A stretch of 51,768 bases of DNA, from the IMG/VR virus record IMGVR_UViG_3300033480_000002, positions 1 through 51,768 of that record, one strand, 5' to 3'. A program made the position numbers and the translations under genes. How positions within the stretch are numbered: the first letter of the stretch is position 1; the number at the start of each line of letters is the position of its first letter. Positions 26,641 through 34,260 of this stretch are shown piece after piece. The notes beneath the pieces were generated by a model. The model saw only the letters and a list, made by a program, of their open reading frames with translations, was not told the DNA's origin and ran no database searches. The DNA comes from a virus.

Positions 26641-27638
26641 CTCACTGCCGCCAATCTGACGACCGTGGGCTGCTCGGTCGTCCACATCTCCTGGCCGATG
26701 ACGCTCTCGCGGTCAGCCTCTTCACGATCGAATCCGAGGTAGTGCCAGGTCTCTTCAATATTCTTGTGGTGAAGCCACTTCATTATCACCTTATCGGCGA
26801 TATATGGGTCAAGGTCGTTCTTGATCAGGGTGTTCCTATATGCTAGCGCGCCGGATCGGCGCAGCAAGTGTTCACCAAGACCCTTGAGATCGGTTGTGAT
26901 GGTGGTATTGGAAAGCGCACGTTGGATGATCTCATGCACTTTCTGTACTGGTCTTGATGGATTCAATCGGTCCCGCCCGTGTTGACGAGCGGGAACGAGA
27001 TGCCATTCCGGATGCTCGATCATCATCTGACGGACCGAGTTGTATCCCATCTCTGACGCATACCAATCGAGATAGGAGACAAGCCCACGCTCCAATGTGG
27101 CGCTGACCGGCATCCAGTCCAGCAAGTTGGATTTCCACACGTGGACACGGATATGCGGACCCGGCCGGTCGGGATCTGAGCCCTCCCAACTGATGTCCCC
27201 CAAGGTAATGGTGGCCATTTCGGATGCCCTGAGGAATAGGGTCAGGCCGAGCAGGACAATCATCCGGTCCCGCTCGCCCGTTGCTCCGTCGAGTAGATGG
27301 CCGAACTGATCGGGGGCGAGGCGGAATAGGTCGACTGGATCGACCTTGTACATGGCCAGGTCACTAGTGGGGTTCTTGCGGGTGTACCCACGGGCATGCG
27401 TCCACCTGAAGAACATCCGGAGACCGGACACGTACGCATTGAGCGTGTTCGCCCCGTGAGTTTCACTGCGGTCTTCAAAGAACCGATCCATGTGCTCATG
27501 GGTAACCCGAGAAATCTCAATATCTCCCGTGACGGTCATGAGTTGACTAATCGTGCTGGCGTATCGCCGCAGCGTACTGGCGCTCTTGCGCCGGTTCAAG
27601 CTGGCGATGTACTTGTCCCTGGCTTCGGAGATCTTCAT
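26637..27638 (-). CDS. int: Tyrosine recombinase/integrase (XerC/D-like, SAM-like N-domain)
   Basis: Catalytic pattern: R in LFLRASEM, H-x-x-R in GEHLLRRSGA, H/Y in HHKNIEETWHYLG. N-terminal TLRRYASTISQL...LNAYVSGLRMFFRW core-binding domain. Start trimmed to MKISEARD (ATGA overlap with the upstream gene). Confidence 0.85.
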   Translation of the reverse strand: MKISEARDKYIASLNRRKSASTLRRYASTISQLMTVTGDIEISRVTHEHMDRFFEDRSETHGANTLNAYVSGLRMFFRWTHARGYTRKNPTSDLAMYKVDPVDLFRLAPDQFGHLLDGATGERDRMIVLLGLTLFLRASEMATITLGDISWEGSDPDRPGPHIRVHVWKSNLLDWMPVSATLERGLVSYLDWYASEMGYNSVRQMMIEHPEWHLVPARQHGRDRLNPSRPVQKVHEIIQRALSNTTITTDLKGLGEHLLRRSGALAYRNTLIKNDLDPYIADKVIMKWLHHKNIEETWHYLGFDREEADRESVIGQEMWTTEQPTVVRLAAVR

Positions 27639-28285
27639 GCGATCATCCCCGCGAGGGCGCGAGAGACGGTTTTCTGGGAGCATCCAACCTCAAGGGCTAG
27701 GCGTCCATGTGTCCACGAGGGATTGCGCGATTTCAGTGTCCGTATCACTGTGGACGTGTCCACCCCATTCCCTGTCCTACTTGACTGGACAGGGGTGGCA
27801 TTCTCGGTGTCTACCTGAGCGGCTTTCCGTGTCCGCCTCGGAGTGGACACCTTTTCTTTTGTCATGTCCACCTGGAATGTCTTCTCTGTCCGGTCCAATT
27901 CGGACAGGGAAATGCTGGCGATGACCACTAGGCCATCGACACACAATGGCATGATGTGACTAGAGGACGTCGATTCTCCGAAATGCAAGCAGACCGCCAG
28001 CATATGCTGGTAGCTGACCACTGCTGCAACTCCAGCGACGACGGCTGCGGCGACCAGCCGGACACCGGAGCGCCATGAGCGCTCCGAGGGGATGCGCTCG
28101 ATCACGAGAGAGCCGAGGGCCAGCGCTGCCGCTGGCCATGCCGCGATGCCCTGAGAGATCAACCGATTGGGCGACTCGATCAAGGAAGCGTGCAGCACGT
28201 TGGCTGCTAGGGAGGCAGCGAGGCCGAGCCCGAGCGCGCAGCGCGCGACCAGTCGACCCGCCGTGCAGGTATTGGGAGCTGTCAT
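27635..28285 (-). CDS. Multi-pass membrane protein (DUF2637-like) with C-terminal HTH
   Basis: Four hydrophobic segments plus SYQHMLAV...PLCVDGLVVIAS, which I recall as the DUF2637 signature. C-terminus WTHGRLALEVGCSQKTVSRAL is HTH-like. First gene of the leftward operon. Confidence 0.65.
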   Translation of the reverse strand: MTAPNTCTAGRLVARCALGLGLAASLAANVLHASLIESPNRLISQGIAAWPAAALALGSLVIERIPSERSWRSGVRLVAAAVVAGVAAVVSYQHMLAVCLHFGESTSSSHIMPLCVDGLVVIASISLSELDRTEKTFQVDMTKEKVSTPRRTRKAAQVDTENATPVQSSRTGNGVDTSTVIRTLKSRNPSWTHGRLALEVGCSQKTVSRALAGMIA

Positions 28286-28298
28286 GCCACCAAGTCTA

Positions 28299-28314
28299 GC
28301 GAAAGCGCTGATAT
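28299..28314. repeat. Second copy of the 16-mer gcgaaagcgctgatat (operator-like), 14 nt upstream of the leftward operon start codon
   Basis: Identical to 354-369. On the minus strand it reads ATATCAGCGCTTTCGC, directly 5' of the GGTGG SD of gene 27635..28285. Confidence 0.8.
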
Positions 28315-28442
28315 AACGGAAGGCGACAGGTCAGGTGTCATGCAGGAACTTGGAGGCAAGGATGACGACATGTACAATGGGATCTTATCTATGGCCTCTG
28401 ACCTGCGGTTTTGCATGATCAAAATACTGCACTTGCGAGATC

Positions 28443-28472
28443 TTGACGGGAGGATTGACCATCCTCTAAGAT
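28443..28472 (+). promoter_or_regulatory. Candidate rightward promoter with operator in the spacer
   Basis: TTGACG (28443-48), 18 nt, TAAGAT (28467-72). The spacer contains the inverted repeat GAGGAT-tgacc-ATCCTC (28450-66). tgcacttgcga lies just upstream (28428-38). Confidence 0.5.
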
Positions 28473-28499
28473 GCTGCAAGGTAGGCTTAGGAGGTTGCC

Positions 28500-28988
28500 G
28501 TGCCTGCAACCGTGCTCCCGCTGAGGGAGATCCGTGAGCGTCTCGCTGACGGCGAGACGCCCAAGGAGATCCAAGATGATCTCCGCACGAGGGGACTCGC
28601 TGTGCCACTGAGGACCGTGCAGTCGATCATGCACCGGGCGGGCATCCGCCGTCGGTCGCCGGTGCCGTGGCCCTGGACTGTGGAGGCCCGGCACCAGTAC
28701 CTCTACCCCTTGACCATGCTTCGCTTCCTCCGTCGGCGTGATGGGGAGGGGAAGCCCTTGAGTCCAGAACAGCTCGCCGAGCTGACCAGATGGCTCAATC
28801 GCCTCGACAGTGACGACGTTGTGCTGGATTACGTTCCCGATCGGACACCCCCATTCATCTATGCCAGACGCCGTTACATGGCGTCTGGTGAACCGGTTGA
28901 CGTGGGGATGTATCGCGACCGGACACGATTGAGCTGCGGGTGCAACATCGATGCTTGCTCGCACGATCGGGACATCCCCAAGGGTTGA
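28500..28988 (+). CDS. HTH-containing early regulator (162 aa), divergent from the lysogeny operon
   Basis: GTG follows TAGGAGG. The N-terminus LREIRERLADGETPKEIQDDLRTRGLAVPLRTVQSIMHRAGI looks like a resolvase/Psq-type HTH. The antisense track ORF 28419..29099 has junk-like composition. Confidence 0.7.
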   Translation: MPATVLPLREIRERLADGETPKEIQDDLRTRGLAVPLRTVQSIMHRAGIRRRSPVPWPWTVEARHQYLYPLTMLRFLRRRDGEGKPLSPEQLAELTRWLNRLDSDDVVLDYVPDRTPPFIYARRRYMASGEPVDVGMYRDRTRLSCGCNIDACSHDRDIPKG

Positions 28989-29029
28989 TATACTCTCCCC
29001 GCACGGTTGGGAGCACTGTGCGGGGAGCG

Positions 29030-29070
29030 GAGGGCTCGGGTTGGCAACCCGGGCCCTCTGTCTGTTTGGA
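29030..29070 (+). terminator. Candidate intrinsic terminator
   Basis: 13-bp stem GAGGGCTCGGGTT-ggca-AACCCGGGCCCTC followed by TGTCTGTTTGG. Confidence 0.6.
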
Positions 29071-29095
29071 GACAGTTGACTCAGTCCAGACAAAG

Positions 29096-29123
29096 ACACC
29101 CAAGAGGTACACCTCTTGGGTGT
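29096..29123. repeat. Near-perfect palindrome ACACCCAAGAGGT-ac-ACCTCTTGGGTGT
   Basis: Read directly. 13-bp arms. Followed by the CTAG-rich string gagctagtagtagttacttactagctagctagttacagc (29124-29162). Confidence 0.8.
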
Positions 29124-29323
29124 GAGCTAGTAGTAGTTACTTACTAGCTAGCTAGTTACAGCTTTGTAACCTCCCGCTGCCTCTTACGGAGGCAGGGGGA
29201 CCTAACCTGCTGTTGAGGTGCCCGGTCGGGTCCACCGGCGGAGGTCCTAGCCGGGCCGCCGGGCGGCTGGGCACCTCACCAACTTGCCCATACCGCACCA
29301 ACTACCTCAAAGTCAAGATTTTC

Positions 29324-29351
29324 TTGACGAGATCTCGAATCCCGATAGGAT
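29324..29351 (+). promoter_or_regulatory. Candidate early rightward promoter
   Basis: TTGACG (29324-29), 16 nt, TAGGAT (29346-51). The spacer holds the perfect palindrome CGAGATCTCG. About 30 nt upstream of the first early gene. Confidence 0.5.
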
Positions 29352-29383
29352 TGAACTAGCAACAACGAACGAGGGAGCAGCAC

Positions 29384-29620
29384 ATGGTCCGCGAATCGGC
29401 CACCTCCCGGACCAGGTGTGAAACCCGCAAATTTGGTAATGTTGAATTTGTGTGTAGCGAGGGGATAGCCACCCTTTCATACGAAAAGGGCTCCCGTCTT
29501 GAGAAAGATTGGGATGCTGCCGTAACGTCAGCATGGAACTGCGGTTACACACTTGTTGATGATGATCCCACCTATATGGGGAAATTTTATAACGTCTACC
29601 TCCTGGAACCGATTCACTAG
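29384..29620 (+). CDS. Hypothetical early protein (78 aa)
   Basis: SD GAGGGAG lies 7 nt upstream. No motif recognised. Confidence 0.65.
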   Translation: MVRESATSRTRCETRKFGNVEFVCSEGIATLSYEKGSRLEKDWDAAVTSAWNCGYTLVDDDPTYMGKFYNVYLLEPIH

Positions 29621-29629
29621 AGGATGACA

Positions 29630-29839
29630 ATGACAACTGAATACGGTGACGAACCGGCTCTCTACGCCGGGGATTTCGTCAAAAATGTCGATGGCAAGCG
29701 GCCGGGAAGATTCGGCGTGATCATCGATCGCCTGGAGTCAGGCGGCTACGTCGTAGCCGAGATCTACAATTATGAAACTTGCCTGGCCCCGCTGGGGTCA
29801 CTTGAGCCAGGCGACCCCCGTGAACTGGTGACGAACTGA
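29630..29839 (+). CDS. Hypothetical early protein (69 aa)
   Basis: Second ATG chosen for spacing from GAGGA; the track start is 29624. Its stop TGA (29837-39) overlaps the CTG at 29836 that heads the nuclease frame. Confidence 0.6.
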   Translation: MTTEYGDEPALYAGDFVKNVDGKRPGRFGVIIDRLESGGYVVAEIYNYETCLAPLGSLEPGDPRELVTN

Positions 29840-30663
29840 CCGGCAATCTGCCGGACCATCTCTCTTATTCAGCATTAGGCGATCTCACCCAGTGCGGTGA
29901 GAAGTACCGCCTCAAGAGAATCCTTCATCTCCCATCAACGCCCTCATGGGCAATGGTTGGTGGATCTGCTGTACACCTAGCCACAGAGGCATTAGATAAG
30001 GCTGACTTTGGCCTCGAAACCGGGCAGCCGAAGACCTTTGTAGAGGCTTTCGAGCAGGAGATCCAGCGACGGGAAGAGGACTCGGGAATTCCTAAAGAGG
30101 GGTGGCGCGCGGCCGGACGCGCCTCCAAGGATTGGCCCGAGGCTGAGAACGAGAAGTGGTGGCTGGCTAATGGGCAGTCTCAGGTCAACAATTGGCGCTC
30201 TTTTCTCAAGAGATCTAACTACTACATTTGGATTACCCCTGAGGGTGTTCCTGCTATCGAGATTGCATTCACCGTGGACCTTTACGGTCCTACGGTTGGC
30301 TACATCGACCGAATTATGGAATCTCCTGGTGCTGGAATCGGTCCTGTTGACCTGAAATCTGGGGCAAGTGATCCAGCGTCAGATGACCAGCTAGGGCTAT
30401 ACGCCCTCGCTATCGAGGACACCTGGGGGATCTCCCCTACATGGGGAGCTTACTTCAGGACACGTAAGCCATGGATCAATCCCGCAGCTCCCATGGAGTC
30501 ACATTACGACGGAAGGCACCATTACAAGTTCAAGCGTGGGTGGGATCAGATCAAAGCTGAGATCTACATTCCCAGTCCCTCCCGACTCTGTTCTAGCTGT
30601 GACGTCCGACGTTTCTGTTATCAGGTTCAGGGTATTGAGTCCGAAGAGTACAAACCTTGGTAG
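29836..30663 (+). CDS. Cas4/RecB-family PD-(D/E)XK exonuclease with Cys cluster; start codon unresolved
   Basis: IDRIME, VDLKSG (D-x-K), QLGLYALA, and a C-terminal CSSCDVRRFC paired with an N-terminal Cys in LSYSALGDLTQCGEKYRL. That conserved N-terminus lies upstream of the first ATG (29953), in a frame open from 29824 with no ATG/GTG/TTG. Confidence 0.75.
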   Translation: MTGNLPDHLSYSALGDLTQCGEKYRLKRILHLPSTPSWAMVGGSAVHLATEALDKADFGLETGQPKTFVEAFEQEIQRREEDSGIPKEGWRAAGRASKDWPEAENEKWWLANGQSQVNNWRSFLKRSNYYIWITPEGVPAIEIAFTVDLYGPTVGYIDRIMESPGAGIGPVDLKSGASDPASDDQLGLYALAIEDTWGISPTWGAYFRTRKPWINPAAPMESHYDGRHHYKFKRGWDQIKAEIYIPSPSRLCSSCDVRRFCYQVQGIESEEYKPW

Positions 30664-30668
30664 GGAAT

Positions 30669-30836
30669 ATGAAGACAGGTATGAGGGTACATTACGCGAA
30701 TGATGTTTCTGACCAGGGGGAGATCCTCCGAGAGGAGACCGACGCCGATCAGGATCTTTGGTACTACGTTGCCTGGGACGACGGCGCCAGGGGTTGGTAC
30801 TCCCCTGGGGAGATCGGGGAGGTAGCGAGTGACTGA
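30669..30836 (+). CDS. Small protein (55 aa), below the ORF-track cut-off
   Basis: ATG follows GGTAGGGAA. MKTGMRVHYANDVSDQGEILREETDADQDLWYYVAWDDGARGWYSPGEIGEVASD fills the gap between annotated ORFs. Its stop overlaps the next GTG start region. Confidence 0.5.
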   Translation: MKTGMRVHYANDVSDQGEILREETDADQDLWYYVAWDDGARGWYSPGEIGEVASD

Positions 30837-31230
30837 ATGCCATTCTGCCAACCTCAGGGGGGTCAGGAGCAGCCTACTCCTCAGCGTGAAGGCTGAGGAT
30901 GCAGAGACCCTGATGGGAGAGATGCAGCGATTCTTTCCTGGGGTCGAGGCAGTCGACCCCATTGAGTTCATGGTCCGGGCTGACATGCACATCAAGGCCA
31001 CGGAGAACATTGTTCTCCCGGCTGACATGACTCCAACCCAGGCCCCTCGGGCTGCGAGCCCAGCGGCTCAGCCCGCTGGAACTCCAGCTCCCAGTTGCCC
31101 CCACGGGCAGAGGATTTACAAGGAAGGCGTAGGGAAAAAGGGAAGGTGGGCAGCGTGGATGTGCGCTGCGGGCCAGAATGACCCCAGTCGTTGCCAGCCG
31201 GAATGGATCGATCTTAAGAAGGGTAACTGA
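30829..31230 (+). CDS. Hypothetical protein with C-terminal Cys/His cluster (133 aa)
   Basis: GTG start. C-terminus CPHGQRIYKEGVGKKGRWAAWMCAAGQNDPSRCQPEW suggests a zinc-binding module. Confidence 0.6.
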   Translation: MTECHSANLRGVRSSLLLSVKAEDAETLMGEMQRFFPGVEAVDPIEFMVRADMHIKATENIVLPADMTPTQAPRAASPAAQPAGTPAPSCPHGQRIYKEGVGKKGRWAAWMCAAGQNDPSRCQPEWIDLKKGN

Positions 31231-31232
31231 AT

Positions 31233-31439
31233 ATGGAGCAGAAGATTTCCCTCTCGGCGAGCGGCTACGATGGTATCGGTTTCTCGGTCGAGGATCCCGA
31301 CCCGGTGAAGATCCTGATGGATGCCGCGCAGACCATCAGGGAGAAGCTCGACGAGAGTATGCCGATCATGTTCCACCTGCTTCCGCCTACGGCGCGGGGC
31401 GAAGATTACCTCGGCGTTCTCTCGGGAATCTCCGTCTAG
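31233..31439 (+). CDS. Hypothetical protein (68 aa)
   Basis: ATG lies 2 nt after the upstream stop. Its stop TAG overlaps the next GTG (TAGTG). Confidence 0.6.
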   Translation: MEQKISLSASGYDGIGFSVEDPDPVKILMDAAQTIREKLDESMPIMFHLLPPTARGEDYLGVLSGISV

Positions 31440-32224
31440 TGCTGTCTCCGTCGCGTGCGCTGAGGCTGGCCATCGCGGCGAATCCCCTACCGGATGTGCC
31501 GGACCTCGCTGCCCTACATAGGCACGGGGTCCGGCCCCGGAGGGGGCAGCTCATGATGATCGCTGGTCGTCCCGGAGCCATGAAATCCACACTCGCCATG
31601 TGGTGGGCAGCCCAACTCAATATCCCCACGCTGTACTTTAGCGCGGACATGGCGCCCCATACGGCGTCGACGCGGCTTGCTGCCTGTATCAGCGGCGATA
31701 AGGTCATCGAAGTCAGCGCGACGCTGGCTGGAGCCCGCCAGCATTACTATGAAGATGTCCTCGGGCAGACAAAGATCTCCCTGTGTTTCGACAGCAGCCC
31801 GACCTTCGATGACATAGGCACCGAGATCAACGCGTACGTAGAAACCTGGGATGCGTTCCCCGAGCTGATCGTCGTGGATAACGCGCTCAACGTGGATCAT
31901 GGGCTGGAAGGGCATAGTGGCTTACTCGCAGTGATGGATGAGTGCCACAGGATGGCACGGGTCACAGGTGCGGCCGTATGGGTCCTGCACCACACCACGG
32001 AGTCTACCTCGACAGACCCCTCTGAGCCGCAGCCTTCGCGAGATGTCCAGCATAAGGTCACCCAACTCCCGGAGATCGTCCTTACTGTCGCGTATGACGA
32101 GTACACCGGAAACTTCTGGATTGCCCCAGTAAAGAATAGAAACGGCAAGGATGACCCTACAGGTCATATCCGATTCAGGTTACAGGCGATTCCCGAAAGG
32201 GCTCTATTTAGAGCGCCGATGTAG
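31439..32224 (+). CDS. DnaB-like/RecA-fold replicative ATPase (261 aa)
   Basis: Walker A AGRPGAMKST, Walker B ELIVVDN, then VWVLHHTTES. Start moved from the track's 31178 to the GTG at 31439, because the upstream part overlaps two other genes. Confidence 0.7.
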   Translation: MLSPSRALRLAIAANPLPDVPDLAALHRHGVRPRRGQLMMIAGRPGAMKSTLAMWWAAQLNIPTLYFSADMAPHTASTRLAACISGDKVIEVSATLAGARQHYYEDVLGQTKISLCFDSSPTFDDIGTEINAYVETWDAFPELIVVDNALNVDHGLEGHSGLLAVMDECHRMARVTGAAVWVLHHTTESTSTDPSEPQPSRDVQHKVTQLPEIVLTVAYDEYTGNFWIAPVKNRNGKDDPTGHIRFRLQAIPERALFRAPM

Positions 32225-32237
32225 GAATAGGTAAATA

Positions 32238-32345
32238 ATGCTTGATGTTAAGGTAATTTCTGATCGCCATTGGGGATATGAGGTCACCTACGTCAATGGC
32301 GTTCCCATCAGTTTCGTGCGCACTGAAATTGGATGGTATGGATGA
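32238..32345 (+). CDS. Micro-ORF (35 aa), uncertain
   Basis: MLDVKVISDRHWGYEVTYVNGVPISFVRTEIGWYG. Its stop overlaps the ATG at 32342 (ATGA). No strong SD. Confidence 0.35.
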   Translation: MLDVKVISDRHWGYEVTYVNGVPISFVRTEIGWYG

Positions 32346-32974
32346 CATTCCCAAAGTTTCCGAAGATCCCCCGGTTTAACCGGGAGGTTGTTATCACTGA
32401 GAAGATAGACGGGACAAATGGCCTGATCTATATTTCCGACCCGTATGGTGGGAATACCCTACTCAGTAATCCGCCAGTGGTGATCGAATCTGATGGATTC
32501 CAAATTGCGGCAGGGAGTCACCGTCGGTGGATTTATCCAGCAATGGATAATCATGGTTTTGCTAAATGGGTTTTCGACAATGCTGATGAATTGGTGAAAT
32601 TGGGGCCCGGTCTCCATTATGGTGAATGGTGGGGTTCTGGGATTAATCGAGGCTACGGGTTCACTCGTAATGAACACTTCTTTTCATTGTTCAATGTTTC
32701 CCGCTGGAATGGCGAGACCCTCGGGGATATTGATGTCCCTAATCTAACCGCTGTTCCCATTCTCAGAAATGGGAGCGCAGCTTATCTGGAAAGCATGATT
32801 GAAGAGGAGCTAGATCACCTTAGAGCACATGGCTCTATCGCAGCTCCGGGCTTCATGCGCCCGGAGGGCATCGTGATCTACCACACTGCTGGCAACCATC
32901 TATACAAGGTCACCCTTGAGGGTGACGACCTACCCAAGTCGCTGTCTCAACAGCGACGGCTGGACGCTGCATAA
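32342..32974 (+). CDS. RNA ligase-family nucleotidyltransferase
   Basis: Motif I EKIDGTN (adenylated Lys), YGEWWG, EGIVIYH, LYKVTLEG. The size and motif order fit the small phage RNA-ligase family. Visibly more A+T-rich than its neighbours (by eye). Confidence 0.7.
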   Translation: MTFPKFPKIPRFNREVVITEKIDGTNGLIYISDPYGGNTLLSNPPVVIESDGFQIAAGSHRRWIYPAMDNHGFAKWVFDNADELVKLGPGLHYGEWWGSGINRGYGFTRNEHFFSLFNVSRWNGETLGDIDVPNLTAVPILRNGSAAYLESMIEEELDHLRAHGSIAAPGFMRPEGIVIYHTAGNHLYKVTLEGDDLPKSLSQQRRLDAA

Positions 32975-32990
32975 AGGCGGAGATTAGGCG

Positions 32991-33350
32991 ATGGAATCCA
33001 GCCCTGGTACCACAGTACCTACCCCCACCCCTGAGGAGCTAATCATAGCCCCCCGCCCAGAGATCCAGGGGGGTTCTGAGGCTCAGCCCCTCTGGCAGAA
33101 CAGCCAGGGACAGTGGCGAGATGGCTACGGCTCCTGCAAGTGCGGAGCTGAGTGGGTGGGTCACAACCTAGGGCACTGCGTCCGGTGTCACCGGACGTTC
33201 GTGGGTGAGGCTTTTGATAGGCATCAAAGGTATGACGGCACCGGTTCCAAAACCGGATGCCTGGACCCTATGTTCTGTGGACTTGCTGGGAAGGAAAAAC
33301 CCTGGGGAATTGTTTACGCCCGGAGGAGGAACGGGTTTAATGGGCGATAG
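32991..33350 (+). CDS. Zinc-finger protein (119 aa)
   Basis: CKCGAEW...HCVRCHRTFVGEAFDRHQ is a CxC...HCxxCH cluster. SD GGCGGAGA. Confidence 0.6.
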   Translation: MESSPGTTVPTPTPEELIIAPRPEIQGGSEAQPLWQNSQGQWRDGYGSCKCGAEWVGHNLGHCVRCHRTFVGEAFDRHQRYDGTGSKTGCLDPMFCGLAGKEKPWGIVYARRRNGFNGR

Positions 33351-33513
33351 TAATTTATATATTGTTGAAGCTGAGGATGGTTTTTACGAGATCTGGGAAA
33401 GCGGCGTCGAGGATCGCTGGCGGTTTAGTTTCCCGTATCGAATGGAAGCTGAAGCATTCATTGACGGGTATCTTCTCGGATATGAGGATGGGCTGGATGA
33501 CGAGCGGATCTAG
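33340..33513 (+). CDS. Hypothetical small acidic protein (57 aa)
   Basis: Trimmed to MGDSNLYIVEAEDGFYEIWESG... 11-nt overlap with the upstream gene. Confidence 0.5.
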   Translation: MGDSNLYIVEAEDGFYEIWESGVEDRWRFSFPYRMEAEAFIDGYLLGYEDGLDDERI

Positions 33514-34063
33514 TGCCACTCGCCGTCGGAGGGGTCCGGAGACCGAACGTTGGGTTTGCGCTTACCTCAAGAAGATATTCCCTTTTGCGTCAACAAAGGG
33601 TGGCTCAAGCCCTGGAAGGGATATCCTAAATACGACGGGTTTTTCGATCGAGGTAAAGGCAAGGGCTGGTTTCAACCCCCTCGCCTGGCTTAAACAGGCA
33701 AAAAAGAATAGCTGTGAACATGAATTCTCGGTTGTTATTTTCCGCCCTAACGGGATGGGCGAAGCCCAGGTGGGATCATTTGGGGTAATCATGACCCTAT
33801 CTGATTTCCGGGATCTTGTTGAAGCAATCATTGAAGCACAAAAAGGATCGGAATTTAGTGGGGAATGCATAGCGGATACACAGATAGCAGACCTGACATC
33901 GGATCCGTCCTGGACTACTACGGCGTCACGTACAGCCTTGGGTGTAGTTCAGACCAGTCGATCAAATGTCCAGTGCATGACGACTCTCGCCCGTCGGCCA
34001 GTCTCAACCTCGATAAGCAGCTCTTCTGCTGCCACGCCTGCGGAGCAAATGGTTCTGTTTTAG
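33497..34063 (+). CDS. PD-(D/E)XK Holliday-junction-resolvase-like nuclease; C-terminal ~65 aa overlap the primase ORF
   Basis: GPETERWVCAYL (E), GRDIL (D) and FSIEVKAR (E-x-K) give the resolvase-type motif order. The domain appears complete by about 33830, but the frame stays open to 34063. Confidence 0.6.
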   Translation: MTSGSSATRRRRGPETERWVCAYLKKIFPFASTKGGSSPGRDILNTTGFSIEVKARAGFNPLAWLKQAKKNSCEHEFSVVIFRPNGMGEAQVGSFGVIMTLSDFRDLVEAIIEAQKGSEFSGECIADTQIADLTSDPSWTTTASRTALGVVQTSRSNVQCMTTLARRPVSTSISSSSAATPAEQMVLF

Positions 34064-34260
34064 ATCTTGTCATGCTGAAGGAGGGGGTTGATTTTGCGAC
34101 CGCTCTCCAGCTCGCAAAGGAAATCGCTGGAACGGGCGACGGCGAGATACGAGATAAGTCGAGAGTTAGCGCTCCTGTACCTGAGAGCGAGGGGTATCAA
34201 CCCCGATACCGCCGAACGATTCCGGCTAGGCGTCGTGTCCGACCCGCTTATGGGACATGA
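33865..34260 (+). CDS. DNA primase, CHC2 zinc-finger part
   Basis: DIGSVLDYYGV...CPVHDDSRPSASLNLDKQLFCCHACGANGSVLDLV is the DnaG-type CHC2 finger. Frame 1; its tail after about 34130 looks non-coding-like (RYRRTIPARRRVRPAYGT). Confidence 0.7.
   Translation: MHSGYTDSRPDIGSVLDYYGVTYSLGCSSDQSIKCPVHDDSRPSASLNLDKQLFCCHACGANGSVLDLVMLKEGVDFATALQLAKEIAGTGDGEIRDKSRVSAPVPESEGYQPRYRRTIPARRRVRPAYGT

Noticed and set aside
28419-29099. 226-aa minus-strand ORF overlapping the 28500..28988 gene
   Set aside because: The plus-strand ORF has a strong SD (TAGGAGG) and an HTH-like N-terminus. The minus ORF has no start context and runs through terminator hairpins.
29335-29344. tcgaatcccg 10-mer shared with the tRNA fragment's T-loop region, as evidence for a second att core
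   Set aside because: A single 10-nt match is within chance expectation for about 104 kb of two-strand sequence, and it lies inside a promoter-spacer palindrome.
31178-31438. N-terminal 87 aa of track ORF 31178..32224; likewise 37333-37554 of ORF 37333..38091 and 46480-46629 of ORF 46153..46629
   Set aside because: These extensions overlap better-supported upstream genes or hairpin-rich non-coding DNA, and they are Arg/Pro-rich. Internal starts with SD or start-stop coupling were preferred.
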